Part shown: one piece after another, positions 53,050 to 64,000 of the stretch
Position numbering within the stretch: the stretch's first letter is position 1
Layout: every line of letters starts with the position of its first letter
NCBI GenBank assembly: GCA_951406725.2
Contig: OX597815.1
Location: 84,754,001 to 84,818,000, forward strand
Length of the DNA stretch: 64,000 nt
DNA from: Octopus vulgaris
Lineage: Eukaryota
Reading direction: 5' to 3'
Translations under genes and position numbers: made by a program
Notes under the pieces: generated by a model
Databases searched by the model: none
What the model was told of the DNA's origin: nothing
The model's input: only the letters and a program-made list of their open reading frames with translations

Positions 53050-53880
53050 GATTTTTCTGCACGTCTCCTTTGGTGGGAAGGCTCTTGGCTTCAGGCACTG
53101 AAGACAAGACGGTTTCTCTGCAATAATCGGAGCTGCAACTGGTAATTCCCTGCCCTAAAAGCAGTAATTTAGGAAGCCTGCTGTTACTGTTGCTGCCTCT
53201 GTAGTTGACTACCGCTCTCTGGCCCCTCTGGGCAGAGAAGGCTTCAAGTAATTCATATTGCTATATATATATAGCAACTGGATTTATTTTCCTGCGCTAC
53301 CTGTCTAAGGATTTCCCTTTCTGACTCCACAACAAGGTATAGAGTTTTAGGTTTCGGAGATCATCAGGACTTGTATGTCTATACTAGTGATTCCCAAGGG
53401 GATGCCTATTGCCCCAAACTTAATGGGAAGGCGTTAACAGCCATAGTATTGCGGTGCACAATACATTTATTTTAATTCTAAAGGTAATCACTATCTGTAT
53501 TACATAAAAGTTGGAAGGTATAGTGTATGTGTCTTGGGTGTTCGGCATTAAAAGGGTTGGAAAACACTAGTCTATGCAAGTCCCCTCACGCTCATATGTT
53601 ATTTAGTGTTACCACTTGCTCCTGCTGTACCGCGAAAATGAGGGGACGATAAGCCAGAGATCAATATCCTTAACAATGACACTGGTGACCACTATTTTAC
53701 ATCTGTCCATATATTTCGACACCGGTCTCTGGGTAAACGTGTGGTGTACCAGCTCCACTTGTCGCCTTGCCTCATCGTCGACCTTGAAGACCGAACACTC
53801 ACTCCGACATACCCTGTCCCTATGCTAGAGCAAACAGTGTGCCTTGCTAAGGTCTTCTCCGCTTCTGGAAATACAGAACT
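53050..53880 (-). pseudogene. Possible decayed LINE ORF1 remnant (RRM plus zinc-knuckle-like)
   Basis: Minus strand encodes KYMDRCKIVVTSVIVKDIDLWLIVPSFSRY and KPSCLQCLKP; relatively GC-rich; weak similarity only. Confidence 0.35.
53385..53569. mobile_element. hAT-type MITE with 8-bp TSD
   Basis: TIRs tagtgattcccaa / ttggaaaacacta; TSD gtctatac (53377-53384) / gtctatgc (53570-53577). Confidence 0.8.
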
Positions 53881-54443
53881 AAGTTTCTTTGCACCAGCAC
53901 CTTTTCAGGGTGTATTCCTCAGACAAGGAGGCACTATCTTTTGTAACATACTTTTATCATTTTCTTTTTTTTTTTTTTTGGATACTAGCTTCAATCGATC
54001 ACCACTCCCTGGTTTACAATGCTACCAAAACTGCTGCTTCTGCTATTATATTCAGCGTTTTAAGAGTAAATTTCGGCTGTGTTTGTTTCTTCAATTGTAT
54101 CCATTTTCTTTCTCTTTGTTTCTTTTCTGTTTTTCTGTTTTCTTTAACTGGGTTCTTGCTCGCAAATATTTTTCTTTGGTGGGGTGGAATCGCTGCAAGT
54201 ATTATTGTTGCTAGTTCTTTTTCTTCCTCCCTCAGAAGTCATATTAAATAACTAATATAACATTTTTTTTTAAATAGTATAAAAGCGAAAAAAGATTTTC
54301 CTCCGCTCAAAGTTATAGGGTAGAAGTCCAAACTTTACAAAGTTTCTCAACAAAAAGTTTACAGCAGTAAAATGAGACTAACCAAATCATTTAAATCGTG
54401 GTAAAATGATGTTTCTTCGAAGACGTCCGTCTCCTTCAAAACA

Positions 54444-54506
<63 letters not shown>

Positions 54507-54571
54507 TAATAATGATGATGATGATGACAACAATAATGAGGAGGAGGAGGAGGAGGATAAAAACAACAACA

Positions 54572-54782
54572 ATAATAATCCTTTCTACTAAAGGCACACG
54601 TCCTGACGTTTTCGGGCAGGGGACTAGTCAATTACATCGACCCCAGTTTTTCACTGGTACTTAATTTATCGACCTCGAAAGGCAAAGTCGACCCCGGCGG
54701 AATTCGAACTCAGAACGTAGCAACGGGCGAAATACGGCTACGCATTTCGTCCAGCGTGCTAACGATTCTGCCAGCTTGCCGT
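54572..54782 (-). mobile_element. SINE family A
   Basis: actggtacttaatttatcgacc...ggcggaattcgaactcagaacg...ctaacgattctgccagcttgcc. Confidence 0.88.
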
Positions 54783-54784
54783 TC

Positions 54785-54849
<65 letters not shown>

Positions 54850-56124
54850 CAGAAGCCCTTGCATGAACAATATATTCTCCGAAGCCAAAATGCTGATGTA
54901 GACCAAGCAACAGCCCATTAGTGGGTGAAGAGTTCAGGATTGAAAGCAGAGACTGGAAGCTTCATACTGGCAGCACAAGATCAAAGCTTGTTTACCAGAA
55001 ATTACCAAGTTAACGTTCTCCGAAACGGTACTGACCTTAAATGCATATTCCGCGACACATTTGACGAAACAATAGACCATCTCGTTTCGGGATGTCCTGT
55101 GCTGACACCAAACGAATACAAAAATCGCCACGATAGGGTAGGACAGTATATACATTGGAAGATATGTAAACACTACAAATTCGACACTCCTGCTAACTGG
55201 TATGAACACCATCCTCAGCCAGTTGTTGAAGGTTAAAATGTTACCATCCTCTGGGATTTTCCAGTCAACACTGACAGAACGATCAAGGCTAATCGACCAG
55301 ACATAATTGTTAAAGACAGGGAAGAAAATATCTGCAGACTGACTGATAAAAATATATCTGTAAAGAAATTTGACAAACTTAGTAAATACTAGCAGTATCG
55401 CCCGGCGTTAATCGGGTTTGTAAGGGAAATAACTATAAAGCATTTTAGAGAGTTATAGCCAAAAAATAGCAAAAAAATGGGGAAAAAAATTATGGTAAAT
55501 TTTTTTTTGATAGTTAAAAAGGTCGAGTTGCGTCCCCTAGACCATCTGTGGTTTGTGTTTCTGATTGTCGACCTCATGTCGAATTTATCGATCTCTTTCA
55601 GAACTGGGGGAACTTTTCAAAATTTTCGCTGCGTTAGTTTTGAATTATGACATTGGGCTATGTGTGTGTCAAGTTTCATCAGAATCGGTTGAAAGCCGTG
55701 GTCAGAGTGAGGGTACAAGCAAACAGACACACAGAAACACGCACAGACAAACTGCCGTTTATATAGAGAGAGATAAGGACCTGGAAATCGAAATACAAAA
55801 GATGTGGAATCTTAAAACAAAAACTGTTCCTGTTATTGTAGGTGCCCTAGATATGATAAAAAAAAGGGATGTCAGAAACACCTAGACAATATCCCTGGAG
55901 AACCATGTCTCAAGGAAATCCAAAAGATTGTGCTAACAAGTACTACCCACATCCTTAGAAAAACCCTATCAATGTAAATGTTGTATTACATGGAGATATT
56001 TCTCTACTTCCCCTCCCCAAGCTTTCAGCTATATTTCAACAACTCTTAACCTTCACTTGCCCTAGGGCGCTGGGTGTGCCCCGGCAAGTGATTGCATCAA
56101 ATATGCAGATTAAAAGTAAACGAC
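54850..56124 (+). mobile_element. 5'-truncated R4/Dong-type non-LTR retrotransposon (zinc knuckle plus RLE)
   Basis: GLKAETGSFILAAQDQSL...ETIDHLVSGC...RHDRVG...ILWDF...NRPDII...KLSKY/KDLEIEI...VPVIVGAL; stop at 55975-55977; (AAT)n on both flanks. Confidence 0.92.
55389..55773 (-). mobile_element. 385-bp non-autonomous Helitron inserted in the Dong-type element
   Basis: Minus strand begins 5'-TC and ends in a hairpin (cccga..ccggg) then CTAG-3'; inserted between A and T with no TSD; removal restores AGT AAA TAT AAG GAC CTG (SKYKDL). Confidence 0.9.
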
Positions 56125-56171
<47 letters not shown>

Positions 56172-56209
56172 TGATGATGATGATGATGATAATAATAATA
56201 ATGATAATA

Positions 56210-58035
56210 AGCAGCCATCTATTTTAAATGAAATTTAAATGAAACTCTGGATTAAATGAAACTCTATGGCAAATACAATGATGAGCTTGAAGGCCTCTTA
56301 CATATTCAGTGATGACATCGGGATGGAGTTTGATCATGGAAAGTGTGCCAAGGCCACTTTCCAGAAAGAGGAATTAAAGACCACGAATTCGGTCGTGTTT
56401 GATGCTGACACAGTTATAAAAGAACTTGAGTAAGAACAAACCTACAAACATCTCAAAATAAATGAAGACTCTGGCATTCAGCATACAAACATGAAAGAAA
56501 AGATGAGGAAGGAATGTTATAGGTAAATTCGAACAGTCCTGCAATCTGAGCCAAACGCACGTAACAAGGTGTTAGTCGTGAATTCCTTAGCAGTACCAGT
56601 TGTCACTTATGGCCACAATGAATTTTGATTATTCCAAGTGCTCCTACAAGCACTGGTATTGTAACCTCTTGAGAGGTCACAATTTTTCGATCTCAATTAA
56701 CGAATCATATTTTCTAAGCTTGTCAAATTCAGTGAAATAAAGAAAATTGACAGAAAAACACGCAAGCTACTGAGGTGCACCACCCAAAGGAAGACGAGGA
56801 TCGTCTTTACCTTCCCAGGGTCCAGTGAGGTCGAGGACTGATCCAATTTGAAGTCTCTTAAAAACCAACACTATTGGACTGGGCAAATATCTTGAAACAA
56901 CACACGACCGGATGTTAATGTCCATTTAAAATTACGAGAGGAGGGAGAAGATTCATTCTGTCATAAAGGAGAGCAAAATATTTGTTTTGGTCTTGCACAA
57001 CAATATCCATCCTGAAAGGAGTGCGGCAGCTGCTGTTACAAAGACGGTGAGGTTAATGGCAAAGAAAAAAGCGCACGAGCAATTAGCTGGTCGGTGGGAG
57101 CAGAGACCTCTGCACAGAAAATATGTGGCCCGTAGCAAGCAAGCTGATGTAGAGCAGAAGCACATCCATCAGTGGCTACGGAACTCAAGGTTAAAGCCAG
57201 AGGACAAAGGCTTCATCTTAGCTGCTCAAAAGCAAATCTTTTTGATCCAGAACTACCTAACCAATGTTATGAAAAATTAAGTAGATCCAAAATGATGTGA
57301 TTGAAATAGTGGACCACCAAATCTCTGGATGTAAAGTTTTAGCACCAATAGAGTATAAATCAAGACAGGGCAGAGTTGGCCAATATCTACACTGGTTAAT
57401 GTTTCGGCATTATAAAATCAAAAGCTGACAAGTGATATAATCATCACCCTGAGACTGTAACTGAGGGAGGAAATGTAACGATTCTTTGGAACTTTCCAGT
57501 ACATACAAACTGAACCATCAAAGCAAATAAACCGGATATTGTTGTGAAAGACCAAAACAATAAACATTGTTTACTGATCAACAAGAATATTCGTTGTGAT
57601 CATAATGTCTCGGCGAAAGAATTTGACAAGCTCAGAAAATATGATTCACTAATTGAGACCGAAAAATGGTGACCTCTCAGGAGGTTACAATACCAGTGTT
57701 TGTAGGAGCACTTGGAATAATCAAAAAAGGAACTGAAAATCTTTTGAGAATGATCCCTGACTTACCATGCCTGCAGAAAGTGCAAGAGATCGTCTTAACT
57801 GGTAAGTCACACGTATTGAGAAGAGCATTGTCGCTATGAGAACGATTACTACCAATGTATTTTTATACTTTTATTTCTTATTTCCTTTTTCGGATAATTT
57901 CATTTCATTTTGAAAATGAACAATCAGGTGTGTTTAGTTTAATGGCCTATCAATGTATATACAGTGAGGAATTTTGGACCAAGGAGTCGGGAAGACACTC
58001 GGGAAGAAATAGAAAAAAATTGAAAGAATAAAATA
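56210..58035 (+). mobile_element. Decayed R4/Dong-type non-LTR element (RT C-terminus through RLE)
   Basis: MKLYGK, FSDDIGMEF..KCAK, NARNKV..NSLAVPVVTY, IDRKTRKLL, GFILAAQ, ILWNF, NKPDIVV, PVFVGALG; many stops and frameshifts. Confidence 0.9.
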
Positions 58036-58040
58036 TAATA

Positions 58041-58239
<199 letters not shown>

Positions 58240-59120
58240 CATTCTGCGATTTTTTATATCAGATATTTGAACAGAAAGCTCCATAGGATTTTTATAAATA
58301 AATATACATATAATCTATTTATAAACGAAATACTTATAAAAAACATTTTTTCCCTCGATCTATCTATAAGCATTTGTTCTGAGTTAACTCGGTGTTATAA
58401 AATATTCCCCTGAAAAACCGTTGTGAATCTACATCCAAATGTGTTATGAACACCCACTATAGGAGATGCAAATATCCACAATGATGAAACGTGTGTAGGG
58501 AAAGAATAGCATAAACTGTATGTAGAGTTCATAATTTTTTTCATTATATTTCCTCTACATTTAAGTACAGTAGTAACCACATTACTTTACTGGAAGTAGA
58601 TTGGATGTTGATACTCTAAGTGGAACTCTAAATTTACCAGCAGCAGTTGTACGTTTAAACGTACACACAGAAACTCATATGTGTGCGTGTATGCATGTAT
58701 GCATGTATTTATGTATGCATATACATACATATAAACATACATAGATACATAAATATATATATATATATATATATAAATATGTATGCTTGCATGCATATAT
58801 AGACATATATTAATATATAATTGTGGGTGGGTAGGGGGTGCAGTTGCCTCGTGCTTCAAACGGTACTCGGTTTGTTCGGTTCTACTTTAAATGTGGTTTT
58901 AGTTCTGGTCTTGGTGGATTCTGTTTTTGTTTTGTTTTGTTTTGTTTGTTTGATTTTTTTTCATTCTTATTATTTTTAATGTGAAACGTACGATTACTTT
59001 AACGTTGCGATACATGCACAAGGTTGTGTACATTTGAAAGAGATGTTCTTCGTTGAGAAATCAAGCTTTGACTCCAAGTCTCTTAAGGCTGATGAAATAT
59101 ATCAAAACTTGTATGTCATG

Positions 59121-59363
59121 TAAAACATTTTGCAAATTAAATTTTGCTTGAATGAACAAGCAGCAATAACTGCTGCCGAGAATCAAACAAAATTTAGTTG
59201 ATACATTTTTATGTTTCTTTCTTAAATGATTCTGCGTTATGCGATGGTATTTTTAAAATCATTTAACAAACAAGAAGCATTATATAAATCAATAAATTTG
59301 ATTCTCGATGTCAGTTATTGGCTCTTTTTCATTCAAGCAAAATTTAATTTGTAAAATATTCTA
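59121..59363. repeat. Old imperfect palindrome of about 240 bp (MITE-like)
   Basis: ttttgcaaattaaattttgcttgaatgaa...cgagaatcaaa / tttgattctcg...ttcattcaagcaaaatttaatttgtaaaa. Confidence 0.8.
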
Positions 59364-60179
59364 TCTTTCAATATATAAGTGTTCACGTATTTCTATGAGG
59401 TTTATTTTATTCTGTATACTCAGATTAGGTTGTCTAACTTATAAGGCAGTGTATAATCGCCTGTGTGTATGAGTGAAAGAACCACAGGGATGTTTCTGAT
59501 TGATACATACACATGTGATAGGCTTTCACGTATGTAATAAAATAGGCTGAAAAAGTTAACTGAGCTTATCCAGACAATTAGCTGACAAAAACTCCCTTTC
59601 AGAGTGTTTAAAATCTAAAACCAACAATCAAAGGATATAATTTCCATAAGATCAGCTAACCAAAAATTTCGGAAAACTATGATGTTGCAAAGAAAAATGG
59701 ATTTATCTTTAGAGCGAATTGGTGAAAACAATGGTCATATTTCGGATATGTGGAGTAAGAAGTGATCAGTATTTAGGTAAATAGAGAATGTGAATATTAT
59801 GAAGGAAAGAAAAGACTGCAAAATTGCATTTTATTTTCTAAACAAATATGCGATAGAGTCTCACATATATGAACTGGTTCCATCTTGCAGTTAGAAGATA
59901 AATATCCCACCTGGGTGGGGGTTAAAATCTATTAAAGCGATTTTTTTGTCTCTCGCTACTCTATTATATATGAGTCCCTCCCGTATATGTATTTACTATG
60001 CAGAACATTCTTTTGATGCTCTTACTTTCAGCTATATTGTTCATATTCGTAATATGAAATACAACGTACTATATAAAATATATACTACCCAACCATATAT
60101 TGAAACTATCAGGTACATTTCATCACACTATACGCTAGTTTCTTTGGGTTTTTCCTTTTAATTCCGTTCAACAGTTTCG

Positions 60180-61720
60180 AAAATGAATCTCGAATATCAA
60201 ACCAGAAAGGATCAAAACAGTAGATCTTTCTAGAAATTAAAATTAAAATACTAAATTAATTTCAAAATGGAAAGGGTTCGATAGAAACTACGAAGTTAAT
60301 ATTAATGAAATTATTATTAATGAAGTTAATATTAATGAAATAAATGTTAAACCAATTTAAAGAGACGATGAAAAAATATCGGAAACTGAATAATTATAGG
60401 CTCTTCAATAAATTCTAAACACACATCGTATATATCTCGAAATATTACAGAAGCAATGGAAAAATTATACAATTCTGGATAAATGATAAAATTCCAAAAG
60501 GATTTCCTATAGACAGCTTTATTTTGTAACAAAAAGCTGTAAGAAATTTTCTTCAAATCAACATTATAAATCAAACACCTAATGAACTACGGTATGGATC
60601 TTCAGGCAGTTACGAGTGGTTAGAAAACTTTTAAATCGAAGCTTCTTATATAATATCATAGAGTCTGGAAAAAGTGGATCAAACGACAAGTAAACTGCTA
60701 AAACATTTGTGCTACAATTAACTAAATTAATCGAATATATATTTTAAACGAGTTTGTAAAGTTGATGAAACCGGTCTGTTCTCGATGAGAATACCAATCA
60801 GAACTTTTTTCCAGGAATGGAGGAAATAGTGGGTTGAAAACCTCTACAAACCGAATCACATTATTATGTTGTAATGAATGTTTCATGAAATCATTAGAGA
60901 GTATTAGGGTTCTTAATCCACATACACTAAGAGGATTTACTAAAAACACTCTCCCATTTCACTGACACGCAAATAAAGCGATCATGGATTACTGCTGCAA
61001 TATTTAAAAGAGGTATTACCAATTCTCTTTTCTGAGTTGAAATTTGTAGAAAACAAAATATGATCTTAAATTTTTTATTGTTAATCTATAACGCCCCATC
61101 ACGTCTCTGCAATTTGAATATCCTAACGTTTAAGATACGTTAAATAAAGACTTGATTTGTAATGTTGAGGTAAATTATATTGCACAATGATATGGAACAA
61201 AACAAGTTTAGTATTTCAGAAAATTAATATTCTACACTCTATGGAAATAATTACAGCAGCAATTCGGAAAATTAAAACACCTTAAATTGACATTTTAAGT
61301 GCATTTTGTTTAGAATAATTCTGATTGTAAGAATATTTAAAATTCAAAAATAGTTGAGGGATTGGATGAATTAGTTATCGTATGAAACTGTGGAACAATG
61401 TAGCATGAAATGAAGGAAGAAGATTTATTTGAAGTGTTCACCATGATTCCAAGCAGCGAAAGCAAGATTGATGTTAATGAACTATAGTCACTGATTACTA
61501 CTGGAATTGTAAAAGAAGGGCTACAAATGGCAAGAACTCTGGAATCTCGTATCATTAATAACGATTTTAATAGGGAAGGTAGTGTGAAATTTCAAGTAGC
61601 AAAAAGAGAGGCATTGTATAGCGACATAAATCTTTTTACTGATTTGAAAAACAATGTAAGCAGCCAGAAATCGGATTTCATAAAACGGTCGACGGTATAA
61701 GAAGAAGCAAGAAGTGATAG
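60180..61720 (+). pseudogene. Decayed Tigger/pogo-family transposase
   Basis: Ordered motifs across frameshifts: LEIKIKIL..FQNG, GSYEWLENF, SGKSGS, VDETGLF, RITLLCCN, NPHTLRG..LP..ANKA.WIT, LLIYNAPS, EGLQMARTLE. Confidence 0.8.
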
Positions 61721-61904
61721 GAATGATGCTGATAGTTTTACAGCCAACGAAAAAATCAAAAACAAAAAACTGCTTTAATAACTTCAAATAAAAACCACAA
61801 TCAATAAAATAAGCACTGCATACAAAGGCCATATTGCCGCATGAAAATTGAATTCTTTTATCTTCATTCAAATAAATAATTGTTTGAATTTTTAAAAAAT
61901 AATT

Positions 61905-62130
61905 ATTTCTGGTTCTGACACAAGGCCAGTAAATTTGAAATGAGAGTATTAGTCGATGTCATTAACCTCAGCACTAATTTAGTTGGTATTTTATTTTATT
62001 GACCCCGTAGAGATGAAAGGCAAATTTGACCTCGGCGTCATTTGAACTCAGAACGTAAAGAGTTGGAAAAAAATATCACCAGGAATTTATAATTTTTCGA
62101 AGATTTAACGATTCTGCCAGCTCCTGCCTT
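61905..62130 (-). mobile_element. SINE family A
   Basis: gatgaaaggcaaatttgacctcggcg..tttgaactcagaacgt..acgattctgccagctc. Confidence 0.82.
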
Positions 62131-62599
62131 TAACGCCATTATTAATATCATGAAATATCTCTACTAGCGGCTTGGTTATTTTTCCTGGCTATATCTGTTG
62201 AGGGATACTAATGGTACTTAGAGATGTGAGAAAATATATCCCATGATGGAACTTGTAACAAGAAATGTATAACCAGGGAAAATAACACCTGGATAAAAGA
62301 TATATAATTTTATGAACTCTCTACATCTAATGAATCTATGTGTTTACCGTCCCAATACCCATACAAACATTTGAAGTACTTGATTAGATGTTGGATGAAA
62401 CCCGGACCATTAATGTTAAAAACCTGAAAACTATTATCCGCCATCAGAAATTTCTATATGAGTTGTAATATAGAAGGCCTGTCGCAACAATGAAAACAAA
62501 GAGGCTTAATATCGATTCAAATAGTCTTTGAATTTCACGTTATAACCTTTCGTTTATATCTGATCTCTAAGTAACGAAGGGCACTCAAACACTACTGCA

Positions 62600-63040
62600 A
62601 CCTTGGGGCCTTTCAGTTTTTCTGCATGAATCCTATTACGTGTGGTTCTTCTCTTATAGATCCTTTTCTGTTTGCGACTCATTGTCATCAGGATCAAATT
62701 ATGATTGCTACTGACATCCGCACCAGGAAAAGTCCTATTCCTAGCCTTGCTGATGCTGAACTTAAACTTTGAGGTACGATGATAGAGTCAATTTGGGTAT
62801 GAGTTCTGAGTTCATGCCGTGTTGTTCTGGGCGAGGTCTTGTTTGGGAACTTGTTAGTATCTTACTAACAAATTCATATGAGTCGCGGTCCACGATCACT
62901 AGTTGCTCCAATCCTGAATCGTCCCACCATCCCAATCCATTGACCATATATGCATCCGAGCATACTTTAGCGTTCCAGTTTCCTAGTATGATGAGGACGT
63001 CTCTTTTAAGACCTGTCATGATGGTTCTCCTCAGGTCCTG
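62600..63040 (-). pseudogene. APE-type endonuclease fragment of an RTE-like LINE
   Basis: LIILGNWNAKV (GDWNA motif), HTQIDSIIV, RTFPGADVSSNHNL (SDH motif). Confidence 0.8.
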
Positions 63041-63216
63041 TTAAATATTAGTAAAATATTATACCGAAATAATAAAAAGTCTGCAGTTACAATATTCGGA
63101 ACATAGTTTTAGATTTCTACCTGGAACACAGTCCTTAAGTTAAGCTTCATAAAACCATGAAGAACAGGTCTAACAAATTACAGCTACAAACTGTGGTAAT
63201 ATGTTAAACAAATATG

Positions 63217-63435
63217 AAGGCGACGAGATGGCAGAATCATAAGTACGTCGGGCAAAATGCTAAGCGGCATTTCGTCCACCTTTACGTTCTGAGTTCAAAT
63301 TCCGCCGAGGTCGAATTTACATTTCATCCTTTCGTGTTCGATGAAATAAGTACCAGTTAATTACTGGGTTCGATGTAATCTACTTAACTTCTCCCACAAA
63401 ATTGCTGGCCTTGTTCCAAACTTTGAAATCAATTA
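63217..63435 (+). mobile_element. SINE family A, full length
   Basis: aaggcgacgagatggcagaatc...ttctgagttcaaattccgccgaggtcg...; flanked by the direct repeat tatgttaaacaaatat (TSD-like). Confidence 0.9.
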
Positions 63436-63518
63436 TGTTAAACAAATATTCCCGAAGTTTAACCTATTGTAGATGTAGATACACACGTGGACATGCTAAT
63501 ATAGGCACATAAATCAAT

Positions 63519-63560
<42 letters not shown>

Positions 63561-63649
63561 CCATGCATGCAATGACAGAACTACAAGCACATAGACATAT
63601 ATAAATATATACGTAAATACTTGCATACATGCATACTTACACACATATA

Positions 63650-63816
<167 letters not shown>

Positions 63817-64000
63817 GTACCACATGTATGGTGCATACATACTACAGAACAAAACATTTCTGGTGCAGAAATTACAAGGATAAGCAAAAATGCTGCTGTA
63901 AAAACAAAGGTTTCTTGTCATTTGATTACTACGACCAAGTAAACTCTTAGATTTCTTTTCTCCTTTTCATTTTGATTGAAAAAACTGCTTATTTTTATTG

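Noticed and set aside
53351-53368. CTGATGA-tctc-CGAAAC on the minus strand as a hammerhead
   Set aside because: No stem II, stem III or stem I pairing; likely chance

Overview
AT-rich eukaryotic DNA saturated with microsatellites and transposons. The SINE families and repeat landscape look like an Octopus (coleoid cephalopod) genome; this is an inference. I could not identify any host protein-coding exon, and almost all ORFs in the supplied track are translations of microsatellites. Recognisable content: (1) two copies of one DD34D mariner in opposite orientation, one with an intact 350-aa ORF, 37-bp TIRs and TA TSDs; (2) a Penelope-like GIY-YIG retroelement remnant with a head-to-head inversion; (3) four R4/Dong-type non-LTR fragments, all bordered by (TAA)n; (4) decayed Helitron Pif1-helicase, Tigger/pogo transposase and RTE-type endonuclease remnants; (5) non-autonomous Helitron/Helentron elements, hAT MITEs, and an 837-bp palindromic MITE carrying telomeric (CCCTAA)n/(TTAGGG)n; (6) many tRNA-derived SINEs of about five families. 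The most unusual signal is a set of unrelated fold-back structures (125 bp to 2 kb) whose arms carry degenerate minimal hammerhead-ribozyme motifs, often next to (TA)n. They suggest non-autonomous Penelope/retrozyme-like elements that integrate as inverted dimers. All alignments were done by eye, and boundaries of decayed elements are approximate.
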